Part shown: positions 23,661-34,165 of the stretch, in pieces
Layout: each line of letters opens with the position of its first letter
Numbering within the stretch: position 1 is the first letter of the stretch
From: Octopus bimaculoides
Lineage: Eukaryota
Length of the DNA: 34,165 nt
Reading direction: 5' to 3'
Assembly: GCF_001194135.2 (NCBI RefSeq)
Contig: NC_068985.1
Span: 52,223,351-52,257,515, forward strand
The notes under the pieces: generated by a model
Database searches by the model: none
What the model was told of the DNA's origin: nothing
The model's input: the letters and a program-made list of their open reading frames with translations, nothing else
Program-made: the position numbers and the translations under genes

Positions 23661-24189
23661 CAGATATGTGATTCCCATTGAAATTAGTATATTCTTAGCC
23701 TACTTTTAATATTGTCCTCAGTACCATCGATAAATATGTACTAGACTTTTATCGCGGGTTAGTGACCGTCTGTATGTGCGTTTGTCTGTGTGTCTGTGTG
23801 TCTATGAATGTACGTGTGTATGTGCGTTTATGTGTGCGTGCTTGTGTATGTTTTGTTTCCATTATATATATGGATGAATAGTTTTCGGAGTTTATCTTTC
23901 TAAAAGAAGTACGGAACCCTTAGATGATTACGAGACCAGAAGTGTAATTTCTAACTTCATGCGTTTATTCCCAATATCTGAAACACCGTAACGCGAGTGA
24001 AATGACTACAGACAACAAAATAGCCACCGATGTAACATGCTGAAGGTAAATACATCGTTTAAAGGCAAGTTATTGCAGTATCGGTCTGGAAATAACATCT
24101 CTAGTGGACGCACTGTTTTTTTATATGGTTACTTTAATCTAATACTGCTTGTTATATATAACTGATTACATCGTGAAACGAAATTTATA

Positions 24190-24657
24190 CTCTTTTTGTC
24201 TTTGGTCAGTAATTGTTATTTCCTGTTTGTTTATGTCTAGAAATAAAAATAAAGACTACTATTCCCTTTAAACTTTGCTTTTGTTATCTGGAAATCACTG
24301 TTTTGAAACTGACCAATTGTCCATTACATTTCAGACAGATTCAGCGGTGTATTGCTGAAACAGAAATATAGTTATTGCAAATATTGTTATAGCAAATATT
24401 CTGCTCAATACCACGGATTTGCTTGTCAGTTGCTTGGCCTTAAGCAGTTGAGCATGTCCCTTACAGCCTGACAATATGTGCATCTCAGATTAGGAGCAGA
24501 AGTGTGGGAGCATCATAGCCATGTGTTGAGAGAAATACTTTGGTGTTAAAATAGATTTGATAAAAGTAAAGTTTGAAGGAAATATTAGCCATTTTTCCTA
24601 CTTTCTCCGGGCAAGCAAATAGGAAATAACAATTGCTACCCAAAAATAAAAATCGTG
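24190..24657. mobile_element. MITE-like element with ~100-bp imperfect terminal inverted repeats
   Basis: 24190-24289 aligns by eye to the reverse complement of 24553-24657 (shared AATTGTTATTTCCT and CCTT-AAACTTT-CTTTT blocks). TA flanks both ends (24188-24189, 24658-24659). Confidence 0.55.
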
Positions 24658-24771
24658 TACACAGTGTTATTATTGAACCTAGTTGTCTATTCGCGATGCC
24701 TGTGAATGTTTTATTTTGTATTTCTTATATATCGGAGGCTACTAATCTCGCCTAGGAGTGTGGTTGGTTGT

Positions 24772-24824
24772 GAGTACACACCATTGATGAGGCCTGACTA
24801 GGTCAAAATGCATCTGGAGTTCTC
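24772..24824 (+). ncRNA. Decayed type-I hammerhead motif (two core substitutions)
   Basis: CCA-UUGAUGA-GGCCU-GACU-AGGUC-AAAA-U-GC-AUC-UGG, with C3>U and G12>A. Distal GAGUAC/GUUCUC helix. AATAAA at 24866-24871. Confidence 0.65.
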
Positions 24825-24982
24825 TTTATCCGCAGCTGAGTCGGACGGATTTCGTCTCTCTCCGCAATAAATTATGGATTTTAAACATAGCAACACAGCA
24901 TGTCTATCAGAAATGTAATCACTGGACAATTACTGCTGTAACTTGCTTTTCAATTTTACATCGATCATGATACATAACTGGC

Positions 24983-25107
<125 letters not shown>

Positions 25108-25414
25108 CCTTTCTACTAAAGGTTCAAGAAGAAGTAAATTCAAGAAAAGTGAGTGATAGTACATTTATTCCATATGTTTACAATTATTTCAAAATTTGTG
25201 ACAAGTTACATCACACACACACACACTTATATGTGTGTGTTTGTTTGTGTGTGTGTGTGTATGTTTGTGTGTACGTGCATGCGTGCGTGCGAGTGTGTGT
25301 TTGTGTGTGTAAGGTGTTACTCAGTTACTCAACTATGATTCCACTGCGTCCTATAGCAGAAACAGCTGTAAGATAACGTAGTTCATAAGATTATCTTTTT
25401 CTTCCTTCGTCATT

Positions 25415-25449
<35 letters not shown>

Positions 25450-25689
25450 GTAAGCATGTGTGTATGAGATTGTGCACATGAATGTGTGAAGCTTAAGAGA
25501 AATGGAATCGTATAAANNNNNNNNNNNNNNNNNNNNNNNNNNNNNNNNNNNNNNNNNNNNNNNNNNNNNNNNNNNNNNNNNNNNNNNNNNNNNNNNNNNN
25601 NNNNNNNNNNNNNNNNNNNNNNNNNNNNNNNNNNNNNNNNNNNNNNNNNNNNNNNNNNNNNNNNNNNNNNNNNNNNNNNCATACGTGTA

Positions 25690-25850
25690 TAGGAAGAGCT
25701 TCACACTTATCATCTACCAAAATTAACTCAGAGGGCTTTGGTCAACTCAAGGTTATAGTAAAAGACGATTCCTCAAGTTAACACGCAGTGGGGCGGGACT
25801 GAACCCGTAATTTTGTGGTTGGGACGCAAACTTCTTATTGCACAGCCATG
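25690..25850 (-). mobile_element. SINE family A head
   Basis: CATCTACCAAA...GGCTTTGGTC...GGGACTGAACCC...CACAGCCA. Confidence 0.75.
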
Positions 25851-26504
25851 TCTATTGTTGATTTTATTTCAAAATTCCATAGTACAGCACATAGAAAAGC
25901 ACACACAGAGACACAGAGACACACAGACAGACAGACATACATACAGACAGACAGACATACATACAGACAGACAGACAGACACACACACACACACACACAC
26001 AGAAATACAAGCACCCATGTACACAAATGCATAGTCACAAGCATACATACTCGGACACACACGCTCAAGCGTAGATAGACATATACGCACATACATACAT
26101 ATACGTACTGCTTAAAATTTTTTACTCCCAAAATATGTAAAAATCTTCCCTTTAGTGGATTTCCGTCTTTTGATCAACTGATTACCAGTTCCTGAATCAA
26201 GATGTTAGTGGCTGAGAATTTTACAGAAACGTTTATCCTTAAAATATTTCTCAGAGGTAGTCAGCATGACACAGTGATCGACAAGACTATTTAAAAAAAA
26301 AAATATAGGTTCACTCCATCCAGTAGGCTTTTATACAGTTTTCGCATATTGTATCAGTTACAAATATAACAATTTCTAACATTAAGAGCATAAGCCAGTG
26401 AATCTTAGAGAATGAAGTATACTTGATTTTTCCTTATTTTATCAACTCAGGCAATTCGCACATTTTCATGCTTTGAATTTAGAGGGCATGATACTCTGAC
26501 GTTA

Positions 26505-26546
26505 TGGCGTTGCTTATTTGGCGTTGCTTATTTGGCGTTGCTGATT
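26505..26546 (+). repeat. 3 x 14-bp tandem repeat TGGCGTTGCTTATT
   Basis: Two identical units and a third with one substitution. Confidence 0.9.
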
Positions 26547-26819
26547 CGACGCTGATATGTTTGACATCTGACGTTTACATGTTTCTCTTGCTGTCTCCAT
26601 TCTTCTCTGCTCCCTCACTCCTCTCTCTTTCTATCCTTCTCTCTTTCTCTCCATCTCTCTGTTTCTTTCTTTCTCTCTTTCTCTCATTCTTTATGCGTGT
26701 AAGAATATTTCTCAATGCTTGAGAAGAGAGAAAGTCTTTATGTCAATCGAGTTCAATGAATAAATTATAATGTTTACTTCTCTAACTCTTTCTAGCTGTA
26801 TCATTTATCCTTTATCTTT

Positions 26820-26993
26820 TACATCTTTCAGTCATTGGACTACGGCCGTGTTGGGGCACCGCTTTGAAGGTCGAACAAATCGGCCCCTGTCGTTATAGTT
26901 TTTAAGCTGGTACTTATTTTATCGGTCTCTTTTTGCTGAATAGCTATGTTACAGGGATGTATATAAAACAACACATGCGCGCGCACACACGTG

Positions 26994-27033
<40 letters not shown>

Positions 27034-27262
27034 NNNNNNNNNNNNNNNNNNNNNNNNNNNNNNNNNNNNNNNNNNNNNNNNNNNNNNNNNNNNNNNNNGT
27101 GTGTGTGTGTGTGTATTTATTTGTGTGTGTGTGTGCGCGCACACACGATGGGTATCACACTGTTTACGTATATTGAATCAACTCATAAGGTTTTCGTCAG
27201 ACCGGGGTTATAACAAAAAGCACTTGCACAAGGTACCACACGGTGAAACTGAACTCGGAGGA
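26820..27262 (-). mobile_element. Diverged full-length SINE family A spanning an N-gap in its internal microsatellite
   Basis: Tail at 26820-26975 and head at 27140-27262 are collinear, separated by (TA)n-N-(GT)n. Confidence 0.7.
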
Positions 27263-27436
27263 ATTCTCACGACATAGATACGTGTATACCTCTGTGCACA
27301 CATGAGTGCATGTGCTTGCCTCCAGAAAGAAAAAAAATAAAAGGGAGCTTTTCACTCCTGACGCTAGCCCCGCATCTAATGAGCGCATAAACAAAATACA
27401 TATACATAAAGTATGTGACATGGATAACTCTTTTAT

Positions 27437-28055
27437 TCTTTTACTTGTTTCTTATTTCTTTATTGCCCACAAGGGGCTAAACATAGAGGGGACAAACAAG
27501 TACAGACAAAAGAATTAAGTCGATTAGATCGACCCCAGTCCGTTACTGGTACTTAATTTATCGACCCCGAAAGGATGAAAGGCAAAGTCGACCTCGGCGG
27601 AATTTGAACTCAGAACGTAATGGTAGACGAAATACTGCTAAGCATTTCGCCCGGCGTGCTAACGTTTCTGCCAGCTCGCCAGGACTTATTATTTGTAAGT
27701 TCAGTATTTATTCTATCTTTCTCTTTATCTGAACCGCTAAGTTACGGGTACCTAAACACACCAGCATGGATTTACAAGTGATGCATGAGTGTGTGTGTGT
27801 GTGGTGGGGAGCATGCAAGCAGAGACAGAAATACACATACATATAAATACACACGCGCGCGCACTCACACACACTCACACACGCTCACACTCGATGGGCT
27901 TCTTTCAGTTTCCATGTAACAAATCTACTCACAAGGTTTTGGTCGGTCTGTGGCTGTAATAGAAGGCATCTGTCCAAAGTGTCACGCAGTGGGACTGAAC
28001 TCGGAACCATGAGGTTAAGAAGCAAGCTTCTTATCACACAGCCACACCCGCGCCT
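27437..28055 (-). mobile_element. SINE family A copy carrying a nested family B SINE
   Basis: Tail end TTCTTTTACTTGTTTC at 27436-27451. Family A resumes at 27681 (AGGACTTATT) and runs to the head end CACACAGCCACACCCGCGCCT at 28055. Confidence 0.8.
27452..27680 (-). mobile_element. Young-looking SINE family B nested in a family A copy
   Basis: Reverse complement runs GGCGAGCTGGCAGAAACGTTAGCACGCCGGGCG...GAGTTCAAATTCCGCCGAGGTCGACTTTGCCTTTCATCCTTTCGGGGTCG to the tail GGGCAATAAAGAAATAAG. Confidence 0.88.
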
Positions 28056-28197
28056 GTATTTATATTTATTAGTTATTCTTAATTAAAATTTAATTTTGTT
28101 TTACCTGTGTGACGTTGTTGCGCATCAACAGATAGTGTCTACTCTATTTGCACATATACTCTCAGACCACCGATTCCAATTCGTTTGGAGGTGACTC

Positions 28198-28254
28198 GAG
28201 AACGTGATACTGATGAACTGCAAAAACAGCGAAATATAGATATCTATCGTTCTC
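28198..28254 (+). ncRNA. Type-I hammerhead ribozyme motif with intact core
   Basis: CUGAUGA (28210-28216); stem II ACUG/CAGC with loop CAAAAA; GAAA (28231-28234); stem III UAU/AUA; AUC cleavage triplet (cut after 28244); stem I GAUA/UAUC, GU bulge, then GAGAAC/GUUCUC. Folded by eye. Confidence 0.8.
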
Positions 28255-29827
28255 TTCATTGTCATTTAGAGGGCGAGTCGTCTCACCTGGTTTGAGGTAT
28301 TTAACACTCGGCATTTTAAAGGGACACTTATGCTCCTGACGCTAACCTTCAACTAATGAGCACTTGAACAAAATACCTTTCATCCATTTCGGATCTATTC
28401 AATTTGACGTACAGATTATTTAATTAATAGTTTTTAACTAAACACTTTCAAACTTCCGATACTGGTAGAATGTGTCACATAGAACAGGGTTTACTCTCAA
28501 CGTTTTTGACAAAATTTTGTACTTTAGAAGTTATTTCGTCAGAAGTTATTGAGTAACAATGGACAAATTCGTGTTTGATAAGTGCCAATACACGAAACTC
28601 TCAGCTTTTGACTTATTCTAACTTTTGCCGATGATATATATACATATTGCATATATATATAAAAAAATCTCATCACGCAATCGAACCAATGAAAGAGCCT
28701 CCACCTGGTCGCTCAACATGCTAAAAATAACAGCCAAAGTATCTCCCTATCTAAATCACACGCCCATTGTTTGTAATGTCCTAGATTATCTCTAAAAAGA
28801 CGGTTTACTGAAAGATGGAATGTTTTTGATGATAGTTTGCATTGTCAGGGTTGATTTGAGGCTAAATAACAACAACATTATGGTAAATTTCTATATTAAC
28901 ATCTGCACAATTTTCACTAAGAAATAAAAATAAAAATTTTTATTTTTTTTGCGTGGAATCAAGTACCCTGACCTCCTAATATGCTGCAAACCCCTTATTT
29001 TGGTTCGGATAAAACGAAGTGGGGGTTCCCCACTCTCATTCCCGGAATCATTGGAAATAATTTTTTTCGTTGAAGGAATTCCTGTGACTTAATATTGCAA
29101 AATTAGGTTACTTAAGGTGAGCCTGGTAACTGATGGTTTTGGGGTCTTGTTGTTTGTAACTTTTGGTGAGCCATGGTGCGACCAACAACATGGTAAAAAT
29201 CTCTGCCATTAATTTGGTGTGGATGGGTAATATCAAATAATTCAATCACAACATATATTTAAATTAAACATGAAAAAATTTGAAATATTATCATCACTTA
29301 TAGGGAAAAATGGAAATATTATCTTTCAGTATTTTATAAGGTAAAATCTTAAATTATTAATTGACACATTATTAATTATCTTATAACAGCAATGCCTGGA
29401 AAAATCATGGATTACTTGGAAAAATGCGAGCATGAAAAGTCATATTCTTAAGATTATAAACCTGGAAAAGTGCAGGACAAGTTATTACACCTGTAAAAGT
29501 ATAGAACAAGCTATTACTTCTAGTAAAGTAAAGAATAAGAAACTTTTTACTTAAAATATTGCACCTAAAATTAAAATTTTAATATTAAAACTAATTTTAT
29601 TATAGTTTACAAATAACACTATACTTATTTAAGTAGAATTTAGCTAATTTACAATCCTAAATACAGAAAAAAGTGACTAATTAGACGAACTTACAAATTA
29701 GCTGAACAGTTTTGTACAATAAATTAAAAAGATGAGAACTGTAAAAGAGTGATAAATTAGAAGTGGCATTCTTTGTGCTGAGAAGATAAAACCGGAAGAA
29801 ATATATGTACAGACTGACAGACAGACA

Positions 29828-29880
<53 letters not shown>

Positions 29881-29889
29881 GTATATACA

Positions 29890-30035
29890 ACAGCCTTCTT
29901 TCAGCTTCTGTCTCCGAAATCCATTCACGAGGCTTTGGTCGACCCGAGGCTATAGTTGAAGACAAGTGCTAGACAATGGGACTGAACCCGGCACTATGTG
30001 GTTAGGAGGGAAAAGTGTTATCACACAGCCACGCC
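29890..30035 (-). mobile_element. SINE family A head
   Basis: CTTCTTTCAG...AAATCCATTCACGAGGCTTTGGTCGACCCGAGGCTATAG...GGGACTGAACCCGG...CACACAGCCAC. Confidence 0.8.
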
Positions 30036-30169
30036 ACAATATTATATATAATATGCATGTTATATATAACTCTCTATGCCAATATTATATAATACAAAAA
30101 TTATATATAACATGAATATTATATAATAATGATAGCAACAAGAAACCTATGCCATAAAATGACTCAAAA

Positions 30170-30345
30170 GAACAAAATGACAAAGAGACTATAATCTGCG
30201 ACGTGTCAGTTCATACAGACGAGGAGATTAAGGAATATCGAGCAGATATTATTGGAACAGGAATGTCTCTTAATTAACGCATCAGATCCAACAGAGGACA
30301 ATGCAGCGCAAGCAAAAGATAAATAACTAAAATCCCTATATAAAG
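30170..30345 (+). mobile_element. Restriction-like-endonuclease non-LTR retrotransposon fragment (R4/Dong-like)
   Basis: IICDVSVHTDEEIKEYRADII and ECLLINASDPTEDN resemble the RLE motifs ILWD..IHTDR.I..NRPDIV and C.LIDVSIP.D.N. Confidence 0.6.
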
Positions 30346-30491
30346 GAACGGAGAAAATCTACATTTAGAACAATCTGGAAAATAGAGAGAAACAATGTAT
30401 GGGGATGTAAACAGAAATAATCTCAACAACAACAACAACAACAACAACAGCAACAACAACAACAGCAACAACAACAACACCAATAATAATA

Positions 30492-30933
30492 ATAATCCTT
30501 TCTACTATAGACACAAGGCCTGAAATTTTTGGGGAGGGGGCTAGTCGATAGCATCGACCTCAGTGCGTAACTGGTACTTATTTCATCGACTCCGAAAGGG
30601 TGAAAAGCAAAGTCGACCTCGGCGGAATTTGAACTCAGAACGTAAGGACGAGCGAAATGCCGTTAAGAATTTTGCCGGCCTGCTGACTATTGTGCCAGCT
30701 CGTCGACGAACAATAATAATAATAATAACGTAGAGACAAGGCCTGAAATTTTAAGGAAGTGGGCTAGTCGACTACATCGACCCCAGTGTTGAATTGGTAC
30801 TTAATTTATCGACCTCGAAACGATGAGAGGCAAAGTCGACATCGGCGGAATTTGAACTCGGAACCAAAAGACGGACGATATGCCGCTAAGCGTCTAGTCC
30901 GGCGTGTTAGCGATTCTGCCAGCTCGCCGCTTC
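30492..30933 (-). mobile_element. Two head-to-tail SINE family B copies (30492-30705, 30730-30933)
   Basis: Both contain GGCCTGAAATTTT, GGTACTTA.TT.ATCGAC, AAAGTCGAC.TCGGCGGAATTTGAACTC and GCCAGCTCG. They are separated by (AAT)n. Confidence 0.85.
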
Positions 30934-31557
30934 ATAATAAAAATACAATATTAATAGCTATACTGGAAATGATTCATGGTGTATATGATAAATAATAGCA
31001 CATAATAGGCACTGCATACATATTACGTAATGTACGACCAAAACAAGAGAAAGTATACTTCCCCACAAAAAAAAGCAATAAATAGATAAAACTTCACGGA
31101 CCTAAAGCACAGAGTGCTGCATTCAGTTGTGCAGTAAAAGCAATTTATGCCTATAACACTATTGAATAAATTATTGTAAAATTATTTGCGTTAAAGATAG
31201 ATAAACAATAATTCTCTTGTACGTCATAATTACTAACTAGCTTGGAAATGAGGGTGATGAATATTGGGATCTCTGTTGTAAAACATAAATTACTTTACAC
31301 TATGTAGTTATGGGCTTTCTGCGACCGTCTGTCTACCTCTGTATCCTTTCTCTCTGAAGAAGGACATTTACCCGAAATGTCTGGATTTTTCATTACTCAA
31401 AACAAACAAGTTCACTGAAATTTACTATTTTTATGTTTTAAATCCAATTCCTCCCTTGATCGATGCAGTATTTTTCCTGAGTTGAAATAAACAAAGCAAG
31501 AACTAGGCCCAGTATTTACCTTCGGCATATATCATATAGATAAACGTATTTTATTTA

Positions 31558-31712
31558 TGTGCCCTTTTAAAGCCTAGCCAGGCTCATGGGCCCAGTTTCC
31601 CGGTTTCTATGTGTTCCCACCAGCTGGACGGGACGACAGTCCATTGCATTACTCAAGAAACAGGAAGAAAGTGTGAGAGAAAGTTGGGGCGAAAGAGTAC
31701 AATTTTGCCAGA
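31558..31712 (-). mobile_element. SINE fragment with a Meta-domain-like core
   Basis: Reverse complement contains ATGGACTGTCGTCCCGTCCAGCTGG...GAAACCGGGAAACTGGGCCCATGAGCCTGG, resembling the ATGGACT.GC.TCCC.TCCAG core. Assignment is from memory. Confidence 0.5.
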
Positions 31713-31969
31713 AACAATACATTACGATATTAAAATATTTCGTTTATGTACTTTTAAACACATAACCTTTTGCTTAAATTAGTCTCTAGTTTATTTCTCC
31801 TTCCTCGAAACTTTAAAACTGAAGAATGTTGATTATTGTCTCAAAATTAAAAAGTGACTAACTCTACAGGCTGACTTACTTGCTCACCAACAATCACACA
31901 AACTTATATATCAAAGGTAATTGAAAGGGAGATAGGTCATTTTAATCTGCATCTCGACTTTGAAATAGA

Positions 31970-32027
<58 letters not shown>

Positions 32028-32151
32028 CTCTCTCTCTCTCTCTCTCTCTNNNNNNNNNNNNNNNNNNNNNNNNNNNNNNNNNNNNNNNNNNNNNNNNNNN
32101 NNNNNNNNNNNNNNNNNNNNNNNNNNNNNNNNNNNNNNNNNNNNNNNNNNN

Positions 32152-32164
32152 GCTCTTCCGATCT
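32152..32164 (+). other. Illumina adapter remnant
   Basis: GCTCTTCCGATCT, the 3' end of the TruSeq adapter/primer, forms the first 13 bases after an N-gap. Confidence 0.9.
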
Positions 32165-32215
<51 letters not shown>

Positions 32216-32697
32216 GTCTGTCTGTCTGTCTGTCTGTCTGTCAATATGTACACGTCTACCCATGTGTCCCTGAGAGTGTGTGTATATGTGTCTAGTATTT
32301 TCCCTTGCCCTGAGTTTTTGTGGGCTATTATTTTAATGGTCGTAATATCAAACATAATAAGACATAAGGTAGATTACTTGCTCAAGAGATAGCTTTGGAA
32401 AAATGTTTTTATAATGATAGTTTCTTACAACAAACTACCTTGACACTCGTGCATAGGTGTCCATCTGCATGATGCTGGTGTTCACATTTTCTCTACACCT
32501 AGAGCAAAATCGAATGTGATGCAGAAGGTTATGATTTAAGCAAAAAGGTAATTACGTCTTATATGTTTGCTATTACTTATTCTTATATTCGATATAACTT
32601 TGCTGTTAATAGTCATGATTCGTTCTTGTTAAATAATAGTTTAATTAAATTATTTAGTGGATCTAATGGCGTATAGTATGCTGTTGATAATCTAATA

Positions 32698-33262
32698 CGT
32701 GGAATGATCAATAAGTATCTGGACTGTTGCCATAGTAACGAAGCTAAAGCACGCAGAGTAAAGCTGCTCGGCACAGATTGACCTTGTACTCTGCTGTGCA
32801 TGCACACTAAGTTTGAACCTTCTAGCTCACTTTTGCTATTTACGGCAGTGCTTGGAAGGAAGATATCTAGCGTGTGATCGTTGCATTGACCATGACAGAG
32901 AAAGTTGAGCAGAGAATCTGCATCAAATTTTGCCAAAAGTTTGGCGATACCTGCTCAGAGGCCTACGCAAAGTTTTCAAAATGTTTTCATCGTTCTCAAC
33001 ACAATCAAGGAGATCGTGTGAAACTGAAACCCGAGTGTCATTTTGGTCAGCTGAAAGCAGTTTTGACACGAACTTGGAAGATACGCATCTCATACTCAAA
33101 TCTTTAAGGACTGAACTGAACCGTAACTAACCTGCGCATCTGATAACTCACAGATGGTGATTGGAGGATTTCCCCTGCGATGATTTTCTCAGTTCTGCTA
33201 GTTGGGAATCTCCCAAAACGTTCGTCAATATCGAAATATTTTCGGCCATCTTGGAAACGTTT
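32698..33262. mobile_element. Irritans-like mariner relic with an inverted internal segment
   Basis: TA followed by terminus-like CGTGGAATGATCAATAAGTATCTGGAC at 32698. Plus strand gives MTEKVEQRICIKFCQKFGDTCSEAYAK from 32892. Minus strand 33262-32968 gives KRFQDGRKYFDIDERFGRFPTSRTEK...KFVSKLLSADQNDTRVSVSHDLLDCVENDENILKTL. Confidence 0.85.
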
Positions 33263-33962
33263 GTGTTTCAGAGTATAGATGACAAGAGGGACATGAAAGA
33301 AATGTAGCTGAGTTTTACACCCTCTATGTTTCAGAAACAGGCTGTAATAGATGGGGCTATGCAATATGAATCCCATCTACCTTTCATTTTTAAAATTATA
33401 GAATAGAGTTTATGGTTAGACTTATACAGTGAGAGAATATAAATGAAAAGAAAAAAATAGAATTCGTAATTGTTTTTTAGTTAGACACTTACATAATATC
33501 CAATGTTTTAAACATATAAATCCGAATATATTTTAAAATAATTAAAACAAATGGCATAAAAGAGGCGGCTTTTGGACCAACCCATTCATATACTGTATTT
33601 TTATTGTCTATCTATAAGCATTCACATATATTGCGTATGTGTTTTGTGTTTGTGCATGTATATAATAGAAATTATTTATTGTCTAGATTTTGACGGCTGG
33701 AATGGCATTTTGATATTTCTTCGAATAATGGGTTACAGAGACGCGAATATTAAAAAGTGCATAGCTGTCACAAATTGTTTCAAATAATATCCGTATTATC
33801 CTCGATATAATAAATTTAATCAAAATAACGTTAATTCTCATTCAACAAACTTACCACCACTTAATTTCTGAGTTGCTGAGCAATGCCGGGTACTCATCTA
33901 GTACACATAAATACATATGTATGTAAGTATGTATGTATGTATGTATGTATACATGCATACGA

Positions 33963-33996
<34 letters not shown>

Positions 33997-34010
33997 TCAC
34001 ACACATGCAT

Positions 34011-34043
<33 letters not shown>

Positions 34044-34105
34044 ACACATAGATAAAACTACTTGGAAGAGGATGCATGGCGTTCAATCATATAATGATAT
34101 AAATA

Positions 34106-34165
<60 letters not shown>

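Noticed and set aside
26505-26546. CRISPR-like array
   Set aside because: No spacers, only 14-bp units, eukaryotic context and no cas genes.
27376-28359. CTAATGA...AAAA motifs as decayed hammerheads (27376, 28353)
   Set aside because: Stem II and stem I do not pair in either copy.

Overview
Eukaryotic, AT-rich, microsatellite-dense DNA from a gapped short-read assembly (10 N-gaps, an Illumina adapter remnant, one unmerged contig overlap). The repeat families match those I recognise from Octopus (cephalopod); this assignment is an inference. I can support no intact protein-coding gene, and almost all ORF-track entries are microsatellite translations. The window holds decayed mobile DNA: a full-length dead mariner (8626-9897), a DD37D/maT-like relic, a Chapaev3-like transposase relic, an internally inverted irritans-type mariner, a MITE, LINE fragments (RTE with three C2H2 fingers, CR1/L2-like, R4/Dong-like) and many copies of two tRNA-derived SINE families. 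The main unexplained signal is a set of about eight type-I hammerhead-ribozyme-like motifs, found and folded by eye. Two have fully intact catalytic nucleotides (28198-28254 +, 10262-10349 -). The second may belong to a tandem, retrozyme-like unit hidden in the adjacent assembly gap. One weak candidate exon lies at 22779-22927 (-).
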